A stretch of DNA of 64,000 nucleotides from Octopus sinensis (GCF_006345805.1 NC_042998.1:43772001-43836000), one strand, 5' to 3'; shown: positions 28,422 through 42,334, counted from the first letter of the stretch. Made by a program: numbers and translations. Notes: generated from the sequence alone by a model not told the origin.

Positions 28422-28525
28422 CTCTCTTTCACTCTCTCTCTCTCTGCACTCTGACATCCTGGATGGTCTACTGGGTTGAGGTTGCCCATGAAGAAGTCTA
28501 TATCTGCTGCTGACAGCATAGGCAC
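28328..28525 (-). CDS. Candidate coding exon of an unidentified protein (3' boundary uncertain)
   Basis: Strong acceptor TTGTTTTTCAG|GTG. The frame VPMLSAADIDFFMGNLNPVDHPGCQSAE(RE)n..KGKERSAAAQPGW is in phase with the upstream candidate exon. Confidence 0.4.
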
Positions 28526-28624
28526 CTGAAAAACAATTAACGAAAGCATGGTACATATTAGCAAGTCATACTCATTCAAGAGTGACGGGTGGCTGTACTT
28601 GTGGAGCGAACAAAGGAATCTTAC

Positions 28625-28688
28625 CTTACTACAAGAAAATAAATACCGATACTCTTCACCAATACTCCTAAAAACCACACCTTGAAAC
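28625..28688 (-). CDS. Candidate coding exon of an unidentified protein
   Basis: Acceptor TCTTTCTTCAATTAAG| and donor AAG|GTAAGA. The frame is FQGVVFRSIGEEYRYLFSCSK, followed by a 99-nt phase-0 intron (28526-28624). Confidence 0.45.
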
Positions 28689-28964
28689 CTTAATTGAAGA
28701 AAGATTTCATTACACAGTATAGACTTTTATAAACGAAAAGGAAAGATAGTGATCGCTATAGTTCTGCCAGATCAAGATTGAGCTGGTGCTCTATTACAAG
28801 AATAATCACAATAAGGCTTATATGTCTCTAGATGCCTTAACTGAAATAATACATACAGACATTCAAACACAGACTTGAACACACACACACACATAATTTG
28901 AGAATGATTCATTGAATGTGTGGCTCTGTTTTCTAACATATGTACAAAAACTGATATTTTTATG

Positions 28965-29135
28965 GAGGCGGGGTTTATCGATTAAATCGATTCCAGTTTT
29001 CAGGTGGTACCACTGTTATCGGCCCCGAAATGTTGAAAAGCAAGGAGATATTCCGCGGGAGTTGAAGTCAGAATAAAATGCCGGACAAAATGCCGCCAAA
29101 CATTTTGACTAGCGTGCTAAAGATTTTGTCGGTTC
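28965..29135 (-). mobile_element. SINE family B, diverged
   Basis: Reverse-strand similarity to the family B head and centre (gcgtgctaa, cggccccgaaa, atcgattaaatcga). Confidence 0.6.
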
Positions 29136-29940
29136 TCCGACTTGCTATGTTTTAATATCAAATTTACAAACATTTATTTGTGTAGTATCAATTTATCCTG
29201 AAGACATAGTTTCTGATATTGATTTATTTAGACAAGACAAAACATATATATGAACTTCCGCACCTGCAGAAGTTCGTGTTTGTCAGCTATGTAACTTCTG
29301 CTTTTATTGCGCAATGTTCCCACTAAAATTCTAACAAACAAAGCTCTCAAACTAAAATTTAGACGTAAACTACTTACTTGTAAAAATATGTACTCGTATC
29401 GGCTTTAGAGTCAGTCAGTCTCGTATCACACTTATTTCTATATCTAAACAAATTGGTGTGGCGTCTATATCTAATTTTAAAAGTACTTACAGTTAACTCA
29501 ATTTAGAAACATCTCTGTTGCTATTTCTTAATGGCCTGCGTTTTCTAACTCACTGCCGTCTTGTCGTGTGACTTCAAGTTACATTCGAGTTGAGTGTTTG
29601 TGGTAGATTTTTGACAGTGGTTAGAGATTTGCAAATCAATGATACACACAGCTAGCCGCCACAGAATTTTGTTGAAGATTTTGTGATATCAGCGTGACAC
29701 AAGTTACGCATAAATTTAAACTATAAAGACAAACAAAATAGATATTTCATTTTCTGCTTGGGATTATTTCACGTGGCTGTTAGATATATTTCAGCATTGT
29801 TAAAACTTCTAGTTACATCCCCTACATACGGGGCAGCGTTACTACGTATTTCTTGTTCTAAAGAAAGACTAGATGTGTGTTTGCTTATGTTGTCTGCAAG
29901 GTGCTTTATGATCGAGACTGCTTCGAACCCCTGATTAAGT

Positions 29941-30348
29941 TTACTCTTTTACTTGTTTCAGTCATTTGACTGTGGCCATGCTGGAGCACCGCCTTTATTC
30001 GAGCAAATCGACCCAAGGACCTATTCTTTGGAAGCCTAGTACTTATTCCATCGGTCTCTTTTGCCGAACCGCTAAGTTACGGGGACGTAAACACACCACC
30101 ATCGGTTGTCAAGCGATGTTGGGGAGGGAGACAAGCAAACACAGACATACAAACATATATACATACAAACATATATATATACATATATACGATGGGCTTC
30201 TTTCAGTTTCCGCCTACCAAATCCACTCACAAGGCTTTGGTCGGCCAGAGGCTATAGTACAAGATACTTGCCCAAGGTGCCACGCAGTGGGAATGAACCG
30301 GAACCATGTGGTTGGTAAGCAAGCTACTTACCACGCAACCACTCCTAT
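29941..30348 (-). mobile_element. SINE family A, full length
   Basis: Near-identical to 32003-32411. Confidence 0.9.
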
Positions 30349-30910
30349 GAATTATTTCCTGGGTTTCAGGCATTAGTAGTGTTTTTCTTGTGTATTGTAT
30401 CTAGAAAATTTCACTTATTTGTATACATCGTAAATTTTAAGTCACTAAATAGTAATTATTGTCTTTTTGAGTTCATTCAAACCAAACCCATTTGTTTTAT
30501 GCAGTACAGTGTGTCTCCGGTCTGTGTGTTATATTTTAACTTTTCAAGTTTGTAGGATATATAGTCCGCAAATTCTGAGTTGTCCGCTACGTCATAGATA
30601 GCCATGGATACATCGAGAGGTTCATTTCTGAATTTCTTAATTCAGAGAGTATAGCCATAAACTATTAGCGAAATCCTTGCGTTTATTATAATATCGATGC
30701 TAGCATGGGTTACGATTGATCACATTTTGTCACATTCTAGAGCTTTAAAAAAGGGTTCTTTAAAACCTATTGCAAATTTAACTTCATTTTTCATGTCAGC
30801 AAGTTCTCTTACACATGAATTAATACAGTTCTATATTTAAGAGATGAGGAATTATGTACATTATTTACATTATTTACAATTGATGGATATTTGTCCTCAT
30901 CTTGTTTGTT

Positions 30911-30956
30911 AACACAACGTTTCGGCTGATATACCTTCCAACCTTCTTCAAGTGTA
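30911..30956 (-). ncRNA. Hammerhead ribozyme copy with mutated core (TTGAAGA)
   Basis: The reverse complement is TACAC-TTGAAGA-A-GGTTG..CAGCC-GAAA-CGTT-GTGTT. The C3 to U change probably inactivates it. Confidence 0.6.
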
Positions 30957-31008
30957 TTAGGGAAATTTCGAACCTGGGTTCTCATTCTTAAGGTATTTTT
31001 CAATGTTG

Positions 31009-31084
<76 letters not shown>

Positions 31085-31161
31085 TCACTGCCTGGGCATG
31101 CGGCGTAGTAGTTAAGAGCCCGGGCTACTAACCACAGATTCGGAGTTCGATTCCAGTCAGT

Positions 31162-31195
<34 letters not shown>

Positions 31196-31321
31196 GTAAT
31201 AATAATAATAATAATAATAGTAATAATAATAATAATAATAATAATAGTAATAATAATAATTAATAACAACAACATGCAAAAATACCTTAGGAATGAGAAC
31301 CCAAGTTCGAAATTTCTCCAA

Positions 31322-31367
31322 GACACCTGATGAAGGTTGGAGGGTATATCAGCCGAAACGTTGTGTT
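31322..31367 (+). ncRNA. Minimal type I hammerhead ribozyme
   Basis: GACAC-CTGATGA-A-GGTTG-GAGGGTATAT-CAGCC-GAAA-CG-TT-GTGTT. The C to T change in stem II retains a U-G pair. Confidence 0.78.
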
Positions 31368-31694
31368 AACAAACAAGATGAAGACAAATATACTTCAATT
31401 GTAAATAATGTAAATAATGTACATGGATTACTATAGATATCCATTAGTAGATGGAAACTGTATAGAAGGCCTTCTTGTGGATTATAAATAATAAAAAAAT
31501 GTAGAGCATCGCGGTAATTACGCTTGAGAATTTTTTTAAGGCTACACTGTAGAATGATCAGTCACTTTACATTTTAATTCAAGAGCAGGTAATTCCGTTG
31601 GTCAGATAATCCTCATTGTCGAAATACGGGGATCCAATGACACATTATGAGTGTGAGTATGTACACACACACGCACACACACACACACACATAC

Positions 31695-31855
31695 ACACAT
31701 ATTAAGTATAATTTTCAAATTTTGGCACAAGGCTAGCAAGTTCGGAGAAGGGAACAAATCTCCGTCATGATCAAAGGCAAAGTTGTCCTCGGCAGAGTTT
31801 GAACTCCGAACGTGAAGACGGACAAAATTCTGCCAAGCATTTTAGACGGCATGCA
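31695..31855 (-). mobile_element. SINE family B, diverged and internally deleted
   Basis: aaggcaaagttgtcctcggcagagtttgaactccgaacgt motif. Confidence 0.6.
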
Positions 31856-32002
31856 CATTAAAGGTTCATAAGTCAATATCGTGTCCCACTTTTTTTGGTA
31901 GCAGTGCTGACTCTAAATTCTATAGAAAAGCTCTAGAGTTATATTTAAAAATATATATGTGTGTATATATGTGTGGTTGCGTGTGTGTGTGTATACACAC
32001 AT

Positions 32003-32411
32003 ACTCTTTTACTCTTTACTCTTTTACTTGTTTCAGTCATTTGACTGCGGCCATGCTGGAGCACCGCCTTTAGTCGAGCAATTCGACCCCGGGACTTATT
32101 CTTTGTAAGCCCAGTACTTATTCTATCGGTCTCTTTTGCCGAACCACTAAGTGACGGGGACGTAAACACACCAGCATCGGTTGTCAAGCGATGTTGGGGG
32201 GACAAACACAGACACACAAACACACATATATATATACATATATATACGACAGGCTTCTTTCAGTTTCCGTCTACTAAATCCACTCACAAGGCATTAGTCG
32301 GCCCGGGGCTATAGTAGAAGACACTTGCCCAAGATGCCACGCAGTGGGACTGAACCCGGAACCATGTGGTTGGTTAGCAAGCTACTTACCACACAGCCAC
32401 TCCTGCGCCTA
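32003..32411 (-). mobile_element. SINE family A, full length, young-looking
   Basis: Complete head-to-tail match to the other family A copies. Confidence 0.9.
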
Positions 32412-32479
32412 TATATATATATATTATATATATATATTATATATATATATATATACATATATATATAAGATATGTTTAT

Positions 32480-32513
<34 letters not shown>

Positions 32514-32959
32514 ATATATATATATATATATTATTATATATATATAGGTGATCGATTAGAACATCTGATACCCTTATATATCATAAATGATAAGCGCATT
32601 CTCCTGCAACCTCTAGAATTTGGGACATACTCCATTATTATTGACACCGATATTAATATCATAATGAACACATGGGATTCGTTTTTACATATGTGTGTAC
32701 ATATATATATGTTTGGATCTATGTAGCATGTATATATATTTATATACCTCTATAACATGATACTCTTAGAAGATTGATCGATGGCGTTTAAATTATACAT
32801 CAGGCTATTGATTATGTATCCATTCTTAGTTTCAGTAATTGGAAAATCAAATATCAAATCTTGAAGCTTTAAAGAGAATTCGTATCAATTCTGGAGTTTT
32901 ATCTTCTAATTGTAAATATATTTAATTTATTTTCAGAGATAAAATGAAACTGCTCTGTA

Positions 32960-32993
<34 letters not shown>

Positions 32994-34355
32994 CATGTAT
33001 ACATATATGATTTTAGTTTTGTACATATGGATCGATGTTCAGTAAGTATAGTATCATGTTTGAAGACGTAGGTGTGTGCAATAAATACGCGTTGTTGTAA
33101 GTGTTAAATAAACATCAATATTTGTGTAACAGTTATATATTCAGTGTAAATACTATAGAACTCTGCGTATGTAGGTTTGACCATATTCTTAAAAGTGTAC
33201 AATTTTCTTTTCCATATCTGCATCTTATAGTTTTCATATAATCACGTACTGAATGTATTTAAATCATATTAATATTTCATAGACAAAGCACATAAAAACG
33301 GCCGGATAATAAAATGATCGAACATTTCGAGATGGGGTTAATCTTGTGCATACTAAATCTCTTTTAATCATTCATTTGTTCAAGAAGGTTTCCTAATTCA
33401 GAGAAGACTGATAGTCATTATGTAAGTTGAACAGATTTCATTCTTTGATCATATGTATTTATGATACCTTTACTTGATTTGAAAGGGCAATGCAGTATAT
33501 ATATATATCAATTAATTCTATTATGTACAATAATTTTTCTCTTCGCAAGATGTTATTCACTGGTTAACTTGAAAGCCACAGTTGGGATTTATGCAGCTTC
33601 CCTTTCAATGATATTGCTTTGGATGACTTGTTTCTGCAGTATGATTTTAATACTCCGTGAAATATTGCAAACAGAATTATAACTAACGACTGGTTAGTAA
33701 GCTTGAATGCTAAATGTTAATGAATAGTGATTTGTGGCGGAGGAGAAGACATATTATGATTTAGAGTAAGGGGCTGCATTCATGGATTTTGTAAACTCCC
33801 CAAGATCGGCGATATTTGTGCTGTTCACTTTTCACTTGAACTGTAAGCCAATCAACGGTTGCAAGAAAAGTTGAGCAGGGATTTATGAGACAGACATGTA
33901 GGTAATGAGAAGAGGAAAGACGAGTAATATGGGAGTAACTGAGTAATGTTGCATGTGATCAGCAGTTTCAAGCAGCAAAGGTCATTGTAGGAGAGACAAA
34001 AAAGACAGTCTGTGACGTGTATTTACAGACTTCCTTCGTCGATCTAGATAAAGATTCTACAATAAGAAATTCTTGATATGACATAATTATGACGCCTGCG
34101 TTCGTTGATACAGAGCGGAAATATCAGTACATGCCGTCATTCCTCTTCGTATACAAAAAGACTTATTCTTTCCATAAGAAAGAGGTTCATTGTGAACAAC
34201 TATTTCTTATCGTTGTATCAGTAACGGTGTACTAGAAATTTCTTAATGGGGTATTGGTGTTAAAAGAAGGTTTGTGAAATAGTTTGAACATCGTATGTGT
34301 TTATTAATATTTAGATATGTGTCTATGTGCACATCCAGCCACACTGTGTGTGTGT

Positions 34356-34421
<66 letters not shown>

Positions 34422-35049
34422 TTTGATGTGTATGTGGTGACCAGGACTATAAACCCATACATACTCATCTGTAGGCTGGAAGGAATAACGGATAATGGTT
34501 ACAGTTTTGATTGACCCACACTTCAAAAACTGCTTTCATAGTTATCGAGTTGACGTCAAAATCAATGGTATTCCGGTCTTGACCATCCCATCTTAGTTTT
34601 AGATATTATATTTCTAAGAAAAAAGTTTTTAATGTGTCCTATCTAAAAAAAAAGGTGGGGAAGAAAGAGAAAAAAGAAATACGATGTGATTTGAGGACAA
34701 TTTGGCTCCTACTTCTAACTGACCGAATAATGACATGCAGGTTAACAGTCAGTTGGAATAAATTCCTATACTTTTTGTAGTAATATTCATTTTATTCGAT
34801 GAGCTAGAAATAGCAGCCAAAATTTCCTCAATCCACATCGTATTTCTTTTACTCTCTTTTGTCTTTCTTCAATTTTTTTCTAGATAGGACACATGGATGT
34901 ACAATGTCTAAAACTAAGATAGGATGGTCACAGTTGGAATGCCTTTCATCACGACGTAAGCTCAATGATTATGAGAGCAATTTTAATGTCAGGGTCACTC
35001 AAAAGCTAAAACCATTAATATTTGTGGAGGTACATGTCCCAGTGATTTG

Positions 35050-35350
35050 AACATCGGTTATAAGGTTATGAGTTCGATTCCTGGACTTGACTGTGTATTG
35101 TGTTCTTGAGCAAGACACTTTATTTCACGTTACTCCAGTTCACCCAGCTGTAGAAAGGAGCCGCGACGTCGCTGGTGCCAAGCTGTATCAGCCTTTACCT
35201 TTCTCTTGGACAACACCAGTCGCATAGAGAGGGGAGGCTGGTATGCATTGGTGACTGGTGGTCTTTCACACATAACCTTGCCCGGACTTGTGCCTCGGAG
35301 GGGGAACTTACTGGTAACAATCCCCTAGTAATTCGTGACCGAAAGGGGTC
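35050..35350 (+). mobile_element. SINE family C (tRNA-like head, ttgagcaagacactt central domain)
   Basis: B-box-like gagttcgattcc. The 3' part matches the reverse complement of 61640-61830. Confidence 0.65.
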
Positions 35351-36084
35351 TTTTCCCCTATTTTTTAAATCTATTTTATCTGTGTATATTCTTCAAGTTA
35401 AAGGAATCCATATAAAATATTCCCATGATAATATTTCGAATTATCTTATTGATGACTGATTTTCTTCTCTAAAACTTATTCTCACAGTCAGTCGATGGGC
35501 TAGTAAATACGAGTATAAATATGCGTCACTGATGAGGTTAAATAAAACCAAAAATTGCCCACTGTACTTAACAATAAATGAGCTTACTCTCTACTGAATG
35601 ACCTAATTCCCAATTTTAGCCAATTTCGTTGACAAAACTTACCGATATCACTGACAATTTTTCTTTCCGTTACGGCTGCAATTTTAAGCAGTTAATTATT
35701 TTTTCTTCATTCTTTATTTGCAACATTAAATACGTTAAGCTCTCACTTAGTTCTCACATAAGTTCTCCACGTAGCTCTGGCATCTCCAGGAAAATTATAT
35801 ATCATTTATAGTATTAATTCAGTTTATTCGTTTGTTTGAAATTATATAGTATGTTGAATAAGGACATGCCTAATGATTCATGAACTTCGATGATGATGAA
35901 CCAACGACAGTGCATCTACGTGGCTAGGTGAATGTGAAACAGCTCACATTCTACTACTCTAAGAAGAAAGAATGCATTAGAAAATATAGTCCCATTCAGT
36001 CAAGGCTTATCTGGGACTAAAATATCAGACCAAGAGTTCGGCAATGTCACTGCTGATAGTGACGCCATTTAAACCGCTGATGAC

Positions 36085-36118
<34 letters not shown>

Positions 36119-36499
36119 ACAGCAGCAGCAGTAGTCTTAGCTTCACTGTATGTCCGCTCTGGTTTAGGAGATTTATGATGAACTGTGTTCTAGCCGTGGC
36201 AATTCCTTCTCTTTCTTTTTTATAGACTCAATTTACGAGGAGACACGTAAATTAATATGTTCCTTTTGTATAACTTAATCAAGAAAGGCTATACCCAGGG
36301 AAGCGGTGGGATGGATAGAAGAAGACATCTTTTAAACCAAAGACTGAAGGATTCTACTGAAGGCATCCAATGGCCTAATGATACTTTCGGACTGCGCAAC
36401 AGACGAAGTTAAATGTGTAATAGCATAGTGTGATTTAAGCACCAGTTGACCGCTGTGGTCAATGTAATCGACAGCCCCCAATTTTCAGATTTTGTGCCT

Positions 36500-36501
36500 A
36501 T

Positions 36502-36583
<82 letters not shown>

Positions 36584-36586
36584 TAC

Positions 36587-36635
<49 letters not shown>
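36500..36635. repeat. (TTA)n microsatellite
   Basis: Direct reading. Confidence 0.95.
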
Positions 36636-37132
36636 GAGTGAGAGAGCAGTGCATGCCATCAAGGTGACACTGGGGTAAAATATACGAAGCCCAATATACC
36701 CATCATGTAAGGGTACACTAGGCACATGCACCACAACCATGTGTACGCGACATGGTGATCTCATATCAAGATAAACAACGCATGACCTTGTAGGTAGGGC
36801 CCAGTTAGAATTTTCTTCAGGTTGAGTAGCTCATCCCGCTCAAAAGGTCCCTGAATAAGGGTTGTTTAAGGATGTTGAACGAAACACCTATGTTTCCAGA
36901 GGTGAATTATTCCAACCCTAAAGAATCCCTCTCAACACATGGCTATGATGCTCCCCAACAACTTCTGCTCGTGATCAGAGATGCACATATCGTCAGCCAC
37001 TATGGGACATGCGAAACTGGTGAAGGTCAAACAACTGACAAGCAAATCTGTGGTATTGAGCAGAATATTTGCTGTAGCCCATCTTTTATACCAAGGCAAA
37101 ACAATGTACATGATAACACTTACAATTATTAC

Positions 37133-37170
<38 letters not shown>

Positions 37171-37171
<1 letters not shown>

Positions 37172-37890
37172 TGAGGCGGCGAGCTGGTAGAATCATTAGC
37201 ACGCAGGACGAAATGCTTAGCGGTATTTCTTCCGTCCCTACGTTCTGAGTTTAAATTCCGCCGAAGTCATCCTTTCATGGTCGATAAAATAAGTACCAGC
37301 TGAAAACTGGGGTCGATGTAATCGATTCATCCCCATCTCCCCTAAGCTGTCCTTGTGGCAAAAATTATTATTATTATTGTTGTTGTTGTTGTTGTTATCA
37401 TTATTATTATTATTATTTTTTTTATTTTTATTTTTGTGATAGCGAGCTGGCAGAATCCTTAGCACGTCGTATGAAATTGCTTAGAAGCATTTCTTTCGGC
37501 TTCATGTTTCAGTCGTGGTCGATTTTGTCTTTCATCATTTAGGGATCAATGAAATAACTACCAGTTGATAACTGGAGTTGATGTAATCGAATATACTCCT
37601 CCCAGAGTATATCAGTCCAGGCGCCTATAGTGGAAAAAAAAAAAAAAAAAGAAAGAGGGACATATTTATTCATTTCTTAGTGTGGGGAATCGGCAGAATA
37701 GAATAAACGTTTGGAATACATGCTTTGCGGTATTTTCTCCATCTATTACATTTTGATTTCAAATCCAGCCTGGATTAACTATGCCTTTCGTCCCTCCGGG
37801 AAGCATAGAGTAGAGCACCAGTGAAGCACTGGGATCGATGGTATCGACTTACCACTTCACCCTCAAAATCTATTGGCCTAGTGCCTGCCT
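37171..37890 (+). mobile_element. Cluster of three tandem SINE family B copies
   Basis: Heads at ~37171, ~37437 and ~37685 are increasingly diverged and separated by (TTA)n or A-runs. Confidence 0.75.
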
Positions 37891-38401
37891 TAGAAATCCT
37901 TTTTTCTATACATTTCTTCATTGATAGAATGTAATGCGGCGTGAATTATGACGGACAAATAATTCCATATGATGTTTTCGATTTTTTCTTTTGTCGTTAG
38001 CTGGATGGTTTTAGAAGTTTAATGTTTAATGAGAATGTATGAAAGTCAGAGATATCGAATTGAATGCATTGGCATTCATCTTTGATTTTGATGCCACTCA
38101 ACCTATTTCGTTGTTTAGAAATCATTGGTCATGCTGTCTTCTGCGTGTTATTTAACTTCTTAAGTTCTTCCTATAACAGCATCTCTGATCATGTTATATT
38201 TGAGTGTCGTACAATTTTACTCGAATACTATCAACTAAAAACAAGCAGTAAAATTCATACACCAGCTGAGTACTCCTAAGTGGAAAGAGCAACATCTCTA
38301 GGTTGAAAGAGCAACATCCCACGGCCCTGCAGGGTACTCTTTCACATGTACACTTTTCCGATGATTTCTCAGGAGACTTCAGATTGGTAGAAAGGTGTAT
38401 A

Positions 38402-38632
38402 TATTTTTTTATTGCCCACAAGGGGCTAAACATAGAAGGGACAAACAAAGACAGACATAGGTATTAAGTCGATTACATCAACCCCAGTGCGTAACTGGTA
38501 CTTAATTTATCGACCCCGAAAGGATGAAAGGCAAAGTCGACCTCGGCGGAATTTGAACTCACAACGTAACGCAGACGAAATACGGCTAAGCATTTCGCCC
38601 GGCGTGCTAACGCTTCTGCCAGCTCGCCGCCT
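38402..38632 (-). mobile_element. SINE family B, full length
   Basis: Reverse complement of the 58130-58362 copy. Confidence 0.9.
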
Positions 38633-39267
38633 TTCGTAGAATGGTGTATAACACACACGCACACGCACACACAAACACACACACAAAAACAAATACACAC
38701 ACATATCCGCTTATCTCCAAATATCCGTATATCAACTTTGAAAGAGTGTTGACTCTTAAGCTTCCCCACCCGCTTGTCATGTGGAGCTGGTCTCAATTGA
38801 GATATGGTAATTGTGACTCAAGCTCGAGATAATGCCAGTAGTCACTCTGATTTAATTCTCTTTGCTCAATTTTCTTCACTCGCACACACGCACACACAAC
38901 TACACATACACACGCACGCTCGTGTATGTCTGTCTTTCTGCATATGTATATAGGTTTTCCACAAACTTACGGCCAATGCTACACTTGATAGGAAGTGCAG
39001 CTTCTATTGGACTCGTGATATTTAAATATTGAAGCTTACGGTTTTGCAAAATATCGAAAATAGCCACAAAATACCTAATGATGGATGAAAAAGACTCCGA
39101 ACCCCTTAAATCCCCACGGAATCACCGAAGATTTCGCTTACGTTATTTATCTAAAAGCTACATTACACTAACTTTCAATACGGAATGATGTTACCAAACT
39201 AATATACAATATCGCTTGTAGGAAAAACTGGCTTGTGTCGAAAACAAAATGTTTCTGTTTTAGAATA

Positions 39268-39322
<55 letters not shown>

Positions 39323-39570
39323 CATAAGAGTACACAAATGCGCCTGCCTGCTAGATATAAGAGTTAAAACCCTCGTTCAAACCACCAAAAATAACAAACT
39401 AACACTGAAAATAACAACAGAATCAACAATACTCAGGTGAACAGATCGAACAAAACTTTTTCAGATACCTAACATAATGCTATATATTGCTTTGTAATTA
39501 GTATACACGTGGACCGGTTCCTAGTTTGATATAACAATCTTACCTTTATCATCACGTATATTGGCTCCTG

Positions 39571-39605
<35 letters not shown>

Positions 39606-39699
39606 ATATATATATAATATTATATATATATATATATATATGTACGTCCTTAGTCCAAAGACACCTGTTGTGAATGTCCCGTTATTTGGATTTGGATTT

Positions 39700-39922
39700 G
39701 TGTACCATTTCCTCCGGTTTTTTTTTTTTTACTTTGTTTTCGTATAGCTTTTAGCTTTGTTTTTTCTTGGGGCTGGCCAGATTAGACCAATCTCGAATAT
39801 AACCAGCCGAAATTGGAAATATAATCTGGAACTCGAGTGAGGAAAGAAAACTCCGAATGACCCTTCCTTGCTTTTTCTTGTCCCTTTTTTGTATCATCTG
39901 ATGTTTTGCGTCCTCGTCCCAT
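39700..39922 (-). mobile_element. Tc1/Tc3-like transposase N-terminal remnant
   Basis: MGRGRKTSDDTKKGQ...VPDYISNF resembles the Tc3-type paired-domain start MGRG..LSD.EKGQI....VISNF. Confidence 0.5.
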
Positions 39923-39948
39923 CGTTTTATTCTTATATATATATATAT

Positions 39949-40021
<73 letters not shown>

Positions 40022-40551
40022 CATATCAGCGTAAATTTTAATGGGAGAGCTTCTGCCAAGTTCAAACAATATAGTTGTTTGGATGTTTAGGGCAAGATAA
40101 GAAACAGAAATTATGGAATATTGTAGAGGTTAGTTGGGCTTCAGATGTGGATTTAGCTTTCAAAATCAGTGACAAATAAATAATTACAGATGTCTACTTC
40201 GAAATTTACTCTTTCTCTGCCCAGATCATAAATTCACCTGCATGCTTGTAATCATTAGTGTGCTAGCTCTGTTAGTAAATATTTTAGTAGCAATCACATA
40301 AATCTAGAGTTACGAGCAAAGAGCTAATACGGCCTATACGACGTATAACAAAAGCAGTCACAGTTGCAAGCGAATAAAATCAAATAGATTAAAATAAAAC
40401 TTTTACCAGCCATTTCTAAATTTAAACGAGTTATCTAAAGTCCAATATTGAAGCTTTGTTTCTTCGTTAGACTCCAGCTCCTTATTTACACGAAGGTTTC
40501 AAAAGTTTGCATATATACCTACACACAGACAAGACACACACACACGCACAA

Positions 40552-40588
<37 letters not shown>

Positions 40589-41296
40589 TATATATGTGTA
40601 TACATGCACACATGCACACAAGCACACAAGCACACACTGACAAAAACACACAAACGCGCACATATGTACATATATTTATTTATGAGGATAAATCTAAATT
40701 CTATACAAGTGTTTTTGTTTCTACACGAAGTATAGTATATTTATACATATACACACATACTATATATATGTGTGTGTGGGGGGGTGTCTTTGTGTGTGTC
40801 TATCTGCATGTATATGCGAATAAGTCTGTGTAGGGTGTGCGTGTCAGTGCGTATCTATACATGTAAGCCACTCTATACTTCTAAACATATAAATACACAT
40901 ATTTGTATGTGCTCGTGTAAGTTTATCCATAATATATTGGCTATCCGTTGTGCAATTGATCTAGTATTTAAGGGACACATTATTCTTTTACATTTTTTTT
41001 GTTGTTGCTTTAGATGCAGAAACTGCACCAAAACTTTGCTTATTGATTTCAGTTCAAACAAAATGCTATGATTTGCCAACAAGATGATAAATCTTGCCAA
41101 ATCATAATAGTATACAAAGACTAGAAAAATGTAAATAGCCATAAAAATAGAAAACAGAAACTAATACAAAATAGGGCCGAAGTGTCTATTTTCCTCGCAT
41201 TGATTAGAATTACGCACACATTCAAACCATACACTCGTATACATGTAATTAGATTAATGTCTCTGTGTGTGTGTGTATATATATATACTATATATA

Positions 41297-41396
<100 letters not shown>

Positions 41397-42076
41397 TATA
41401 TGCATCTATGTATGCATATGTATGAATACGTTTATATTTGCATAATTGTAGTCATGTATTTTTATTTATCTCTGAGTATGTGCATTAACACATACGCACG
41501 CACGCACGCACGCACGCACAAATGTGCATATGTACATATATGTGTGTGTGTACATGCATATACGTATGTACACACACGCATCCCACCCACACATATATAT
41601 ATATTTAATATATAATATATATACGAACATATTCGAAACATTGAAAACTTTTACATTTTAGTTGAGACTTATTATATTAAGACTTCATTGTCTAGGTTTC
41701 AATAAAATTTATATAAATAATAGTCTGATATGAAGCTGAAAGTATGTTTCTACCAGAGCGAGGATTGGTTTCTTCTATTCAGTTTAATATTAAGAAGTCA
41801 GACAAAATATCTTTCTTTTCAATATATATATAAAGACAAGACAATTCTGAAATGTTATGTTGGCTTCAGGCGAGATGAGAAATTAGATTGAGGTTAGTTT
41901 GATGGACAACACCAATGTAAGAAAAAAATATCTTACTGCAACATCTATATTTAAATGTGTGTGTGTGTATGTGTGTATGTGTGTGTTTGTGTGTGTGTGT
42001 GTGTGTATTTGATAGCGCACGAAACTCTCGGGGCTTGAGTCACTCTGCAACTTCTGCCGATTATTAATAAGAAACA

Positions 42077-42157
<81 letters not shown>

Positions 42158-42161
42158 CGTG

Positions 42162-42267
42162 TAGTTTCGGTAATGAAACAAAGATAGACTCGAAATATGA
42201 GAATATGTTTTATTATTAATAATCGGCAGAAGTTACAGGGCCGAGGGTTTCGTGCATTGGCACTTAT

Positions 42268-42334
<67 letters not shown>

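Larger units (their letters stand above)
30824..31424. mobile_element. Head-to-head fold-back of the tRNA-head/(TAA)n/HHR element (copy 2)
   Basis: Same modules as 26481-27130 in the opposite overall orientation. The tail is on the left arm, whose tRNA head is mostly deleted; the right-arm head spans 31091-31170. Confidence 0.85.

Noticed and set aside
32937-32956. Tiny plus-strand exon starting MKLL (signal-peptide-like)
   Set aside because: The donor falls in a (TA)n run and is easily explained by chance.
35525-35565. HHR-like CTGATGA-GGTT..AACC-AAAA
   Set aside because: GAAA is mutated and there is no convincing stem I or III.
38270-38325. CRISPR-like direct repeats (gaaagagcaacatc twice)
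   Set aside because: Only two units with no spacers, in a eukaryotic context.
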